The notes below the pieces were generated by a model that saw only the letters and a list, made by a program, of their open reading frames with translations, was not told the DNA's origin and did not search any database. A program made the position numbers and the translations under genes. A DNA stretch of 64,000 nt from Candidatus Methylomirabilota bacterium (GTDB lineage: Bacteria > Methylomirabilota > Methylomirabilia > Rokubacteriales > CSP1-6). The first letter of the stretch is position 1. Every line of letters begins with the position of its first letter. Below are positions 54,810-64,000 of the stretch, piece after piece. The DNA lies in assembly GCA_035709005.1 (NCBI GenBank), contig DASTFB010000101.1, forward strand, positions 1,483 through 65,482, written 5' to 3'.

Positions 54810-56609
54810 ATGGCCACCAACGATACCCTGGCCCGGATGTTCTGGAGCAGGGTCGAGCGCAGCGCCGACAAGCCCGCGCAGCGGTTCAAGCGCGACGGCA
54901 CCTGGCACACCCTCACCTGGCGGCAGGTCGGCGACATCGTGCAGGAGCTGGCCCTGGGGCTGATCGCGCTCGGCCGCCAGCAGGGCGACACGGTGGCGCT
55001 GCTCTCGGCCAGTCGCATGGAGTGGGCGCAGGCCGACATGGCCATCCTCAGCGCGGGCTGCGTGACGGTGCCGATCTATCCGAGCTACCCGCCGGAGCTC
55101 ATCGCCTATGTCGTCAACGATTCTCAGGCCCGGACGCTGATCGTCGAGGATCCGGTCCAGCTCGCCAAGGCCCTGGAGGCGCGGGGCAAGATGGAGTCGC
55201 TCGAGCACATCGTCGTCATCAGCGGGTACGAGGCCCCCCAGCCCCCCGAGATGATCCTGACCTGGCAGTCGCTCCGCCGGCTCGGCCGGGACTGGCGAGC
55301 CTCGTTGCAGTCCACGCTGGCCGAGCGCCTGGCCGCCACGCGGCCGGAGGACGTCGCCACCATCGTCTACACCTCGGGCACGACCGGACCGCCCAAGGGC
55401 GTCGTGCAGACGCACGGCAACCACATGGCCGCGCTCAACGCGGCGGGGCAGGAGCGGCGCGTCGAGGAGGGGTGGGTGCACCTGCTCTTCCTGCCGCTGG
55501 CCCACTCGTTCGCGCGACTGGAGTCCTTCATCGGGCCGTTCGAGGGGTTGACGACGGCGTTCGCCGAGAGCCTGGACAAGGTCGCCGAGAACCTGCGCGA
55601 GACACAGCCGCACTTCATCTGCTCGGTGCCGCGAGTGTTCGAGAAGGTCTACGCGAAGATTCTCGCCGGCGTGGCCGTTTCCTCCCCGCTCAAGCAGCGC
55701 ATCTTCCACTGGGCGCTGGGGGTGGGGCGCGCGGTGAGCCGGCTGCAGCAGGACGGCAAGCCGATTCCGGCCACCCTGGCGTTGCGCCATCGCATCGCCC
55801 ACAAGCTGGTGTTCGCCAAGCTCCACGCGGCCCTGGGCGGGCGCCTGCAGTATGCGGTGAGCGGCGGGGCCCCGCTCTCGCGTGACATCGCCGAGTTCTT
55901 CCACGCCGCCGGCATCCTGGTGCTGGAGGGCTACGGGCTGACCGAGACCTGCCCGGTGCTCACGGCGAATCAGCCGACCCGCTTCAAGTTCGGCTCGGTC
56001 GGGCGTCCCGTGCCCGGCGTCGAGCTGAAGATCGCCGCCGACGGGGAGATCCTGGCCCGGGGAGCGAACATCGCCACCCGCGGTTACTTCAAGCAGCCCG
56101 ACGCCACCCGGGAGGTCTTCGAGCCCGACGGCTGGTTCCACACGGGCGACATCGGCCACCTCGACGGCGACGGGTTCCTCTACATCACCGACAGGAAGAA
56201 GGACCTGATCGTCACGGCCGGCGGCATGAACATCGCGCCCCAGAATGTCGAGAACGTCCTGAAGGCCGATCCGTTCATCAGCCAGGTCATGGTCTACGGC
56301 GATCGCAGGCCGTACGCGGTGGCGCTCATCGGCCTGAACCCGGAGGAGCTGCAGAAGTTCGCCCAGGAGCAGGGGATCATGGTCAGCGACCCCGCCGTGC
56401 TCGTCAAGGATCCCCGGGTCATCGAGCGCGTGGAACGGATCGTGGAGGAGAAGAACACCAAGCTGCAGTCGTATTCCCAGATCAAGAAGTTCTCCATCCT
56501 GCCCTCCGACTTCAGCCAGGAAGGCGGCGAGCTCACGCCCACGCTCAAGGTCAAGCGCAAGGTGGTCATCGAGAAGTACCGGGACGCCCTGGAGTCGCTC
56601 TACCGGTGA
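54810..56609 (+). CDS. Long-chain fatty acid--CoA ligase (AMP-dependent synthetase)
   Basis: YTSGTTGPPKGV. GYGLTE. TGDIGHLDGDGFLYITDRKKD. Confidence 0.85.
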   Translation: MATNDTLARMFWSRVERSADKPAQRFKRDGTWHTLTWRQVGDIVQELALGLIALGRQQGDTVALLSASRMEWAQADMAILSAGCVTVPIYPSYPPELIAYVVNDSQARTLIVEDPVQLAKALEARGKMESLEHIVVISGYEAPQPPEMILTWQSLRRLGRDWRASLQSTLAERLAATRPEDVATIVYTSGTTGPPKGVVQTHGNHMAALNAAGQERRVEEGWVHLLFLPLAHSFARLESFIGPFEGLTTAFAESLDKVAENLRETQPHFICSVPRVFEKVYAKILAGVAVSSPLKQRIFHWALGVGRAVSRLQQDGKPIPATLALRHRIAHKLVFAKLHAALGGRLQYAVSGGAPLSRDIAEFFHAAGILVLEGYGLTETCPVLTANQPTRFKFGSVGRPVPGVELKIAADGEILARGANIATRGYFKQPDATREVFEPDGWFHTGDIGHLDGDGFLYITDRKKDLIVTAGGMNIAPQNVENVLKADPFISQVMVYGDRRPYAVALIGLNPEELQKFAQEQGIMVSDPAVLVKDPRVIERVERIVEEKNTKLQSYSQIKKFSILPSDFSQEGGELTPTLKVKRKVVIEKYRDALESLYR

Positions 56610-57358
56610 CGGCCCTCGGCGGGACAGTGGCGGTGATCACCGGCGCCAGCCGTGGGCTGGGCCGCGCCATGGCGGTGGCGTTCGCCGAGGCCGGGGCCGA
56701 CATGGCGCTGGCCGCTCGGTCCAAGCCCGACCTGGAGGAGACCGCGCACCTGGTGCAAGCGGCCGGGCGCCGCGCGCTGGTCGTGCCGACCGACGTGACC
56801 TCCTATGCGGAGGTCGAGACCCTGATGACCCGCGCCCTCCGGGAGCTCGGGCGACTGGACATCGTGGTCAACAACTCGGGGGTGGCCCGGGTCAAGCCCC
56901 TGGTGGAGTGGACGCCCGACGAGTGGCGGGCCCTCGTCGACGTAAATTTAATGAGCGTGCTCAACGGGTGCCGGGCGGCGGCGCCCCATCTGATCGCCCA
57001 GCAGGCGGGCAAGGTCATCAATGTGTCCTCGATGCTCGCCGCCGTCGGCCTGGCCGGCTACTCGGTCTACTCGGCGACCAAGGGCGCCATCATCGCCTTC
57101 ACCCGCACGATGGGGGTCGAGTGGGCCCGCAACAACATCCAGGTGAACGCCATCGCGCCAGGCTGGTTCGACACCGAGATGTCGGCCCCGGCGTGGCGGG
57201 AACCCCGCATCGGCGAGCGGCTGGTCCGCGACATCCCGGCGCGGCGGATCGGCCGACCGGAAGAGATCGGCCCACTGGCCGTCTACCTCGCTTCGGCGGC
57301 CTCCGACTTCATGACCGGGCAGACGATCTTCCTCGACGGCGGCCACACGGCCGCCTGA
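56606..57358 (+). CDS. SDR family oxidoreductase
   Basis: TGASRGLG, NNSG, YSATK. Confidence 0.85.
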   Translation: MTALGGTVAVITGASRGLGRAMAVAFAEAGADMALAARSKPDLEETAHLVQAAGRRALVVPTDVTSYAEVETLMTRALRELGRLDIVVNNSGVARVKPLVEWTPDEWRALVDVNLMSVLNGCRAAAPHLIAQQAGKVINVSSMLAAVGLAGYSVYSATKGAIIAFTRTMGVEWARNNIQVNAIAPGWFDTEMSAPAWREPRIGERLVRDIPARRIGRPEEIGPLAVYLASAASDFMTGQTIFLDGGHTAA

Positions 57359-57415
57359 CCCGCCGGGCCGGGCGATTGTTGTCCGGCCAGGGCTCCTCGG
57401 GTACAGTGGGCCGCC

Positions 57416-58429
57416 ATGAACGCCGCCGTCCTGCACGGCCCACGGGATCTGCGCGTGCATGCGTCGCCGGATCCGGTGCCCGGCGACGACCACGTCCTCG
57501 TCCGCGTGGCCGCGGCCGGGCTCTGCGGCACCGACTACAGCATCTGGAGCGGGGACCGGCGCGTGGCCTACCCGCGGATCATGGGCCACGAGTTCCTGGG
57601 CGAGGTGGCGGCGGTCGGCCCCGGCGTCACGCGGGTGGCTCCGGGAGCGCGCGTCGTGGTCGAGCCCAACTACTCCTGTGAGCGCTGCCCGCTCTGTCTC
57701 GAGGGCAACCGTAATCTCTGTCTGAGCCGGACGGCGGTCGGCATCGACACCGACGGGGGATTCGCCGACCTTGCCCGGGTGCCCGCCCGCTGCTGCTGGC
57801 CGGTCCCCTCAGGCCTGGCGACGGACGATGCGCTGCTGGCCGAGCCGCTCGCCGTCGTCGTGCGGGCGGCCAACCGGGGCGGTGTGCGGCAAGGGGAATC
57901 GGCCGCCGTGCTGGGGGCCGGGACGCTGGGGCTCCTCGCCCTGCAGGTGCTGCGGGCCCGGGGGGCCCGCGTGCTCGTGGTGAGCCGCACGGCACGGCGC
58001 TTCGAGCTGGCGCGGACGCTCGGCGCCGAGGCCACCCACGTCGCGGCCGAGGGCAGCCTGGAGACGGCGGCGCGAGGGTTCTCGGGCCGCGAAGGCGTGG
58101 ACCTGGTGATCGAGACCGCGGGCACGCCCGACGCGGCCGGCCACGCCCTCAGCCTGGTGCGCCCGGGCGGGCGCGTCGTGCTGACGGGGCTGCCCCACGC
58201 GCCGGCGCCCCTCAGCATCTTCGGCGTCGTGCGCCGCGAGGTCACGATCCTCGGCTCGATGATCTATCAGGACGAGTTCCCGCAGGCCCTGCGCCTGCTC
58301 GCCGAGGGCCGGGTGCGCGGCGCCCCGCTCATCACCCACCGCTTCGGCCTCGAGGCCATCGCGCAGGCGTTCGTCGCGCACCGTGACCCGACGTCCATCA
58401 AGGTCGCCGTGCTGCCCCGGCCCTCCTGA
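57416..58429 (+). CDS. Zinc-dependent alcohol dehydrogenase (MDR family)
   Basis: GHEFLGEV. Structural-zinc CERCPLCLEGNRNLC. GAGTLG Rossmann. Confidence 0.85.
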   Translation: MNAAVLHGPRDLRVHASPDPVPGDDHVLVRVAAAGLCGTDYSIWSGDRRVAYPRIMGHEFLGEVAAVGPGVTRVAPGARVVVEPNYSCERCPLCLEGNRNLCLSRTAVGIDTDGGFADLARVPARCCWPVPSGLATDDALLAEPLAVVVRAANRGGVRQGESAAVLGAGTLGLLALQVLRARGARVLVVSRTARRFELARTLGAEATHVAAEGSLETAARGFSGREGVDLVIETAGTPDAAGHALSLVRPGGRVVLTGLPHAPAPLSIFGVVRREVTILGSMIYQDEFPQALRLLAEGRVRGAPLITHRFGLEAIAQAFVAHRDPTSIKVAVLPRPS

Positions 58430-58430
58430 C

Positions 58431-59243
58431 ATGGCCTTCGCGATCATCAACGGCATCCGGATCCACTACGAGATCGTCGGCGAGGGCGATCCGGTGCTCC
58501 TGATCAACGGGCTCTCGGCCCCGGCGGTGAACTGGGGGCTCCAGGTCAAGGCGCTGGCGCCGCACTTCCGGGTCGTCACCTTCGACAACCGTGGCGTGGG
58601 CGAGACGGATCTGCCGGCCGAGCCCGTGTACAGCACCGCCCAGCTCGCCGACGACGCCGCGGCGCTGCTCCGCCATCTCAAGATCGCGCGGGCCCACGTG
58701 GTGGGGGCCTCGATGGGCGGCACCATCGCCCAGGAGCTGGCCCTGCGCCACCCGCGGCTGGTGCGCTCGCTGGTGCTGGCGTGCTCGTGGGGGCACGCGG
58801 ACGCGCGCTTCCTGCACACGATCGAGTCGTGGATCGCGCTGGCCCACCGGGTGCCCGTCGAGGAGCGCCACCGTCACGTCCTCTACCCCTTGCTCTACAG
58901 CCCCCGGTTCTTCGAGAAGAAGGAGAACCTCGAGACGGTCTTCCAGCGGACGATGGCCTATCCTCACCAGACCAAGCCGGAAGCCATCGAGCGCCAGGGC
59001 CGCGGCATCCTGGCCTGGAACGGCACGCGGGTGACCCGGCTCAAGGCGATCCGGGTCCCCACACTGGTGCTGGTGGGCCGAGACGACATCCTCACGCCTC
59101 CGGAATTCTCACGCCGCCTGGCCGGGCTGATCCCTCGGGCCCGTCTGGCCGTGCTGCCGGGCGGCCACGCGTTCTTCATCGAGGAGGCCGAGCTCTTCAA
59201 TCGCGCGATGCTGGGGTTCCTGCGCGCGGTCCGGGCGAAGTGA
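58431..59243 (+). CDS. Alpha/beta hydrolase
   Basis: Nucleophile elbow GASMGG. C-terminal Asp/His region (...VGRDD...GGHAFF). Confidence 0.8.
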   Translation: MAFAIINGIRIHYEIVGEGDPVLLINGLSAPAVNWGLQVKALAPHFRVVTFDNRGVGETDLPAEPVYSTAQLADDAAALLRHLKIARAHVVGASMGGTIAQELALRHPRLVRSLVLACSWGHADARFLHTIESWIALAHRVPVEERHRHVLYPLLYSPRFFEKKENLETVFQRTMAYPHQTKPEAIERQGRGILAWNGTRVTRLKAIRVPTLVLVGRDDILTPPEFSRRLAGLIPRARLAVLPGGHAFFIEEAELFNRAMLGFLRAVRAK

Positions 59244-59292
59244 GCGCCGCCTGACCTGGTTCGTTCTCGCGCTGGCCTCGGCGCTGTTCCAG

Positions 59293-60117
59293 GTGCTGCG
59301 CAACACGACGATGAAGCGCCTGGGCCACGCGCTCGACGAGTACATCAACGTGTGGGGTCGGTTCACCTTCCTGCTGCCGTTCGCGCTGATCACCGCGTGG
59401 GCGACGGGCTGGCCGGAGCTGGGGCCGGGCTTCGCGGGCTGGTGTCTGGCGTTCGGCGTGTGCCAGACCATCTCCACGCTCGCGCTGTCCAAGGCCCTCA
59501 AGCTCTCGGCCATCTCGCTGGTCACGGCGCTGTGGAAGGTGAGCCTGCTGGTGCTGCTGCTGATGGGGTACGCGTTCGGCGAGCGTCCCAGCGCGCTGGG
59601 CGTGGCGGGCGTCCTGCTCTCGGCCGCCGGCGTCTACCTGCTCAACGTCTCCCGGGCCCGGATCTCTCCGTGGGCCCCGCTGGTGGTGCTCGTCACCGAC
59701 CGTGGCCAGCGCTACACTCTGCTGGCGGCCCTGTTCTACGCCCCCTCGGTCCTCACGATCAAGGAGGCCATCCTGGCCTCCGATGCCGCGACCGGCACGC
59801 TGGGCGCGTACGCGGCGGCGAGCGTGATGATGACCCCCGTGGCCCTGTTCACCTCGGCCCGTCACTTCGGCGCGGTGCCCCGCTACTGGAAAGCGTTCGT
59901 GGCGCTCGGGCTGTTCGCCGCGCTCACGACGCTCAGCCAGGGGGTCGCCTATACGCTGACGCTCGCCTCCTATGTGGAGGCCGTCAAGCAGGTGGAGATT
60001 GTCTTCGCTATGGCCGTCGGCGTCCTGGCGTTCAGCGAGGCCCAGCGGGTCAGAGAATCCGCGCCGGGGGCCCTGGTGATGCTGCTGGGCATGGTGCTGC
60101 TGGCGCTGGCCGGCTAG
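59293..60117 (+). CDS. EamA/DMT-superfamily membrane protein
   Basis: Multiple TM helices with EamA-like repeats. Start uncertain (GTG 59293 or ATG 59311). Confidence 0.55.
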   Translation: MLRNTTMKRLGHALDEYINVWGRFTFLLPFALITAWATGWPELGPGFAGWCLAFGVCQTISTLALSKALKLSAISLVTALWKVSLLVLLLMGYAFGERPSALGVAGVLLSAAGVYLLNVSRARISPWAPLVVLVTDRGQRYTLLAALFYAPSVLTIKEAILASDAATGTLGAYAAASVMMTPVALFTSARHFGAVPRYWKAFVALGLFAALTTLSQGVAYTLTLASYVEAVKQVEIVFAMAVGVLAFSEAQRVRESAPGALVMLLGMVLLALAG

Positions 60118-60195
60118 GCCGCCGCGAGCAGACTTCGCGCTTGACGCCGGCATGATCCGGCTGTATCAGCCGGGCATGGCGCCTGGGATCGGCCG

Positions 60196-61020
60196 ATGAA
60201 GACCCGACTGGCGGACGGGGTCGCCCTCTGCCTGACCGACGTCCACAAGCGCTACGGCTCGCTGCACGTTCTGCAGGGGATCACCCTGGAAGTGGGCGAC
60301 CGGGAGATCATCACCGTCGTCGGACCGAGCGGGTGCGGCAAGACCACGCTGCTGCGCATCGTGAACGGTCTCATCCCGCACGATCAGGGCGAGGTGTTCT
60401 TCCGCAAGGAGCCGGTCGCCGGCCCCCGCCCCGAACTGGCCATGGTATTCCAGCACTTCGGGCTGTTTCCCTGGAAGCGGCTCCATCAGAACGTCGCCTA
60501 CGCGCTCAGCCTGCAGCGTCGCCAGCGAGTGGAGATCGACCGCCTCGTCAACCACTACATCCGGCTCGTGGGGCTGCAGGGGTTCGAGGAGCGGTTCCCC
60601 GCCGAGCTGTCGGGCGGGATGCGACAGCGGGTCGGCCTGGCCCGAGCCCTCGCCGCCCAGCCCGACGTGCTGCTGCTCGACGAGCCGTTCGGCGCCCTGG
60701 ACGCCCTCACCCGCGAGCAGCTGCAGGAAGAGCTGCTGCGGATCAACGAGGTCGAGCCCAAGGCGATGATCTTCGTCACCCACAGCATCGACGAGGCCCT
60801 GCTGCTGGGGGATCGCGTCGTGGTGATGAGCCCCCGGCCGGGGCAGATCCGGTTCGAGCTGAAGACCGAGTTCGGACGTGGGCGGAACCTGGAAGCCCTG
60901 CGCCGCAGCGGCCGGTTCCAGGCGCTGCGCCACTATCTCTGGGAGGCCATCCGTCACCCCAACGCGGAGCCGGGTCCGGTTCCCGACCAGGGTTGGGTCG
61001 AAAAGGAGATGCGTCCGTGA
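60196..61020 (+). CDS. ABC transporter ATP-binding protein (NitT/TauT family)
   Basis: [29 protein letters not shown]. Confidence 0.85.
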   Translation: MKTRLADGVALCLTDVHKRYGSLHVLQGITLEVGDREIITVVGPSGCGKTTLLRIVNGLIPHDQGEVFFRKEPVAGPRPELAMVFQHFGLFPWKRLHQNVAYALSLQRRQRVEIDRLVNHYIRLVGLQGFEERFPAELSGGMRQRVGLARALAAQPDVLLLDEPFGALDALTREQLQEELLRINEVEPKAMIFVTHSIDEALLLGDRVVVMSPRPGQIRFELKTEFGRGRNLEALRRSGRFQALRHYLWEAIRHPNAEPGPVPDQGWVEKEMRP

Positions 61021-61853
61021 CGACTCTTGCGCCCGTTGCCGACGCGCTGCACGCCAAAGCGACCGCCCGTACGCCGGCCTGGCTGGCCTGGCTGCTGGAG
61101 CCCCGCGTCTACGTGCGCGTGCTCTCCGTGGCCACGGTGCTGGGCGCGTGGGAGCTGCTCGGTCAGCGCGGGATGATCCCGCCCGCCATCTTCAGCTACC
61201 CGAGCGCCATCGTGTCCGCGTTCATCGGGCTGCTGGGGAATGGCGAGATGGCGGTGGCGGCCTATCAGAGCTCGCAGATCCTGTTCACCGGGCTGGGCAT
61301 CGCCATTCCCGGCGGGATCCTCATCGGCATCCTGATGGGGCGCTTCCGCACGTTCGAGTACGCCGTGGACGTGTTCATCTACGCGCTCTACGCGACCCCG
61401 GTGGTGGCGCTGGCCTTTCCCATCGCCATGGTGCTTGGGGTGGATTTCGTCGGAAAGACCACCATCGTCATCTTCTTCGCGATCATTCCCGTGATCGTGA
61501 ACGTCTTTCACGGCGTGCGCAACATCGACCTCGAGCTCCTGGAGGTCACGCGCTCGTTCTGCTCGAGCGAGGGCCAGCGCTGGCGCGACCTGATCTTCCC
61601 CTCGGTGGTGCCCTACCTGGTCGCCGGCCTGGGCATGGCGATGGGCCGCGGGCTGGTCGGCATGGTGGTGGCCGAGTTCCTCATGAGCATCTCGGGGCTG
61701 GGGGCCCTGAGTCAGGACTACATCGCCAACCTGGAGCTGGACAAGGGGCTGGCGCCCGTGCTGCTGCTGATGATCGCGGGGATCGTGCTCACGAAGCTGA
61801 TCGGGGTGTTCGAACACAAGTTCGCCGCCTGGAGAGTTCGCGCGGAGTCCTAA
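61017..61853 (+). CDS. ABC transporter permease (NitT/TauT family, BPD_transp_1)
   Basis: GTGA overlap with the ATPase. EAA-like loop region and six TM helices. Confidence 0.8.
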   Translation: MTTLAPVADALHAKATARTPAWLAWLLEPRVYVRVLSVATVLGAWELLGQRGMIPPAIFSYPSAIVSAFIGLLGNGEMAVAAYQSSQILFTGLGIAIPGGILIGILMGRFRTFEYAVDVFIYALYATPVVALAFPIAMVLGVDFVGKTTIVIFFAIIPVIVNVFHGVRNIDLELLEVTRSFCSSEGQRWRDLIFPSVVPYLVAGLGMAMGRGLVGMVVAEFLMSISGLGALSQDYIANLELDKGLAPVLLLMIAGIVLTKLIGVFEHKFAAWRVRAES

Positions 61854-61874
61854 CCCACACCAAGGGAGGCAGCC

Positions 61875-62903
61875 ATGAGACGGACAGTGCAGGGGATGGC
61901 CGTGCTCGTCCTGCTCGCGTTTCTGCCCTGGCTCGGTCCCGGCGCCGCTGAATCGGCGGACAAGCTGCTGCTCGGCATGCCGGTGAAGCCGCCGAACATG
62001 GTGCACGTGCCCGTCTTCTACGCCCTGGACAAGGGGCTGTTCAAGAAGCACGGCCTCGACGTCGAGGTGAAGTTCTTCCGGGGCGGCGGCGCCACCCACC
62101 GGGCCGCGACGAGCGCCCAGAGCGACCTCGACGTCGCCTGGGTGCCGGCGCCCATCGCCATGAGCGGGATCTCGGGCGGCAGCGGCCTCAAGATCTTCCA
62201 CTCCATGGCGTTCAAGAACGAGGCGCAGGTGGCGGCCAAGCCCGGCATCACCTCACCGGCCGGGCTGAAAGGCCTGACCATCGGGATCGAAGACAAGGGC
62301 GGGTACAGCCATCTGGGCGCCCTGGCCGTCATGGGGACGGCGGGCCTCACGGACGAGGACGTCAAGTACATCAAGACGCCTCCGCCAGCCCGGGTGCCGT
62401 ATCTGATCGGGGGCAAGGCCGACGCCGTCGTCATCCACGTGGAGCAGGTCCTCCTGGCCCAGAAGCAGCAGCCGGGGGTCACGAGCCTGGGCGACATCTG
62501 GAAGCTCATGCCCGACTATCTCTACGGCGCATTCGTCGCCCCGGAGGCCAAGCTGGAAAGCCGGCGGGACGCATACGTCCGCTTCACTGCGGCGATGATG
62601 GAGTCCAACCGGGCCGTCTACAAGGACAAGGCGGGCTACCTGGAAGTCGCCAAGAAGTGGATCGGCCCGGTCTACGCCGAGCACCCGGACATCGTGGACA
62701 GGACCTACGAGACCTTCGTCAAGGAGCGGATCTGGTCGGTGAACGGCGGCTTGCCCAAGTCGAGCGTGGAGTGGACGAACACCTTCAACGCGAAGCTGAA
62801 GAAGTACCGGGGCGTGCCGCCGACCTACGAGCAGCTGGTGGACCTCCGCATCGGCAAGGAAGCCCTCGCCAAGGTGGGCGAGGTGGAGCCTGCCGAGCAG
62901 TGA
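61875..62903 (+). CDS. ABC transporter substrate-binding protein (NMT1/SsuA/TauA-like)
   Basis: Signal peptide. NMT1-like periplasmic binding fold. Positioned after its ATPase and permease. Confidence 0.7.
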   Translation: MRRTVQGMAVLVLLAFLPWLGPGAAESADKLLLGMPVKPPNMVHVPVFYALDKGLFKKHGLDVEVKFFRGGGATHRAATSAQSDLDVAWVPAPIAMSGISGGSGLKIFHSMAFKNEAQVAAKPGITSPAGLKGLTIGIEDKGGYSHLGALAVMGTAGLTDEDVKYIKTPPPARVPYLIGGKADAVVIHVEQVLLAQKQQPGVTSLGDIWKLMPDYLYGAFVAPEAKLESRRDAYVRFTAAMMESNRAVYKDKAGYLEVAKKWIGPVYAEHPDIVDRTYETFVKERIWSVNGGLPKSSVEWTNTFNAKLKKYRGVPPTYEQLVDLRIGKEALAKVGEVEPAEQ

Positions 62904-62911
62904 GGGACGCC

Positions 62912-64000
62912 ATGGCGAGCGGAGTCTCCGGCTTCACCGTGCGGCGCCGGCCGCCCACTCCGGCCCGGGTGCTGGCCAGCGGGGCGACGGACTTCTTGCG
63001 CAAGTACGCCGCCGACGCGGAGGCTTCGCTCGCCGTGCCCTTCACAGGCATCACCACCGACGGCACGGTCGTCCCCGGCCTCTTCGCCCTCGCAAAGACC
63101 GGGGTGTCGACGCGTCCCATCCAGGATGCGGCCGAGGCGTTCGTCGCCTCGCTCGAGCCCGGGCAGCGGGCGCGCACGCTGTTCCCGGTGGACAGCGAGG
63201 TATGGCGACAGTGGAGCAACATCCATCCGTGGATCATGCGGCACGGCGTCTGTCTCGACGAGCTGAGCCCGAGCCAGCGGAGCCGGGCGCTGGCCGTCAT
63301 GCAGGCGAGCCTGAGCGGGCGCGGCTACGACACGGCCCGCGACGTGATGAAGCTCAACGAGACGATCCGGGAGATCACCGGCAAGGACGACGAGTACGGG
63401 GAGTGGCTCTACTGGCTGTCGATCCTGGGGACGCCGTCGGCGACCGAGCCGTGGGGATGGCAGCTCGACGGCCATCACCTCATCGTCAACTGCTTCGTCC
63501 TGGGCGACCAGATCGTCCTGACCCCCATGTTCATGGGCTCGGAGCCGGTGGCGGCGGAGAGCGGCAAGTACGCCGGCACCCGGGTGTTCGCCGCCGAGGA
63601 ACGGGACGGCCTGACCCTGGCGCGCTCGCTCAGCCCCACGCAGCTGGACAAGACGATCCTGGCCCGGGAGCTTCCCGGGGAGCTGTTCACCGCGGCCTTC
63701 CGCGACAACTTCGAGCTACGCTACGAGGGCATCGCCTACGGCCAGCTCGGCGACGGCCAGCAGCGGCTCCTCCTCGATCTGATCGACACCTACCTGGGAC
63801 GCGTCCGCCCCGGCCACGCGACGATCCGAACGGACGAGGTGAAGCGGCACCTCGGGCAGACCTACTTCGCCTGGATCGGCGGGATCGAAGAGCACGCCGT
63901 CTTCTACTACCGGGTCCACAGCCCCGTGCTACTCATCGAGTTCGACCATCAGCGGGGGATCGCCTTCGACAACGACGAGCCCACGCGCAACCACATCCAC
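62912..64000 (+). CDS. DUF3500-like protein (3' end outside the window)
   Basis: Open frame to the window end with high GC3. Contains a W-x-W-x-x-D-GHH block, which I associate with DUF3500. Confidence 0.5.
   Translation, partial: MASGVSGFTVRRRPPTPARVLASGATDFLRKYAADAEASLAVPFTGITTDGTVVPGLFALAKTGVSTRPIQDAAEAFVASLEPGQRARTLFPVDSEVWRQWSNIHPWIMRHGVCLDELSPSQRSRALAVMQASLSGRGYDTARDVMKLNETIREITGKDDEYGEWLYWLSILGTPSATEPWGWQLDGHHLIVNCFVLGDQIVLTPMFMGSEPVAAESGKYAGTRVFAAEERDGLTLARSLSPTQLDKTILARELPGELFTAAFRDNFELRYEGIAYGQLGDGQQRLLLDLIDTYLGRVRPGHATIRTDEVKRHLGQTYFAWIGGIEEHAVFYYRVHSPVLLIEFDHQRGIAFDNDEPTRNHIH

Noticed and set aside
1-64000. CRISPR arrays, rRNA genes, IS elements or intact prophage.
   Set aside because: - No regularly spaced direct repeats.
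- No rRNA-like conserved stretches.
- No transposase or intact integrase ORFs; only a ~30-codon integrase C-terminal remnant.

Overview
This is a ~70% GC bacterial chromosomal window with dense coding, mostly on the + strand. Many genes have GTGA/ATGA start-stop overlaps.

**Layout, left to right**
- 0-4.5 kb: a cobalamin-type uptake locus. It holds the 3' end of a FecCD-type ABC permease, an ABC ATPase, a cobalamin riboswitch, a TonB-dependent receptor and TonB.
- 4.8-15 kb: a conserved housekeeping run: argS, a SPOR protein, ftsH-folP-glmM-acpS, nnr, tsaE, radC and a VOC-family enzyme.
- 15.2-16.8 kb: a small basic protein and a pyrD-like dihydroorotate dehydrogenase.
- 16.8-30.3 kb: a ~14-gene co-directional operon, the most interesting part of the window (genes listed under 'Most novel signal').
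- 30.4-32.2 kb: a convergent CE4 deacetylase and GT28 MGDG-synthase-like glycosyltransferase on the - strand.
- 32.2-36.4 kb: an accessory-looking islet: small TM proteins, a zf-HC2 protein, a C-terminal remnant of a tyrosine integrase, lipoproteins, tRNA-Val(CAC) and an NYN-domain protein.
- 36.4-60 kb: fatty-acid / beta-oxidation-type metabolism. It includes acyl-CoA dehydrogenase, SDRs, AMP-ligases, an SCP-x thiolase, enoyl-CoA hydratases, a NUDIX enzyme, a TetR regulator with a palindromic operator, SCP2, PhaR, LLM oxidoreductases, SppA and a threonine dehydratase.
- 60-64 kb: a NitT/TauT-type ABC importer and a partial DUF3500 gene.

**Most novel signal**
- The 16.8-32.2 kb locus combines three parts:
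  - a halogenated polyketide/fatty-acyl module: lipoprotein, two KS + CLF-like pairs sharing one ACP, and a flavin halogenase (GWxWxIP motif), with a MacB/LolCDE-like exporter;
  - an Arn-like lipid-linked aminosugar transfer set: a GT2, an ArnE/F-like flippase subunit, an ArnT/GT39-like transferase and a CE4 enzyme;
  - an rSAM + deacetylase + lipid glycosyltransferase trio that mirrors the hopanoid cyclitol-ether (HpnI/K/J) logic with non-orthologous parts; the rSAM is a B12-binding radical SAM enzyme resembling HpnJ.
- I could not match this combination to a characterised pathway.

**Other things worth a second look**
- A 140-bp MITE-like element with perfect 26-bp terminal inverted repeats between ftsH and folP.
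- A ~58-bp intergenic repeat in at least two copies, one fused into the 3' end of acpS.

No rRNA, CRISPR array or intact mobile element was seen. All family assignments rest on motif recall, since no searches could be run.
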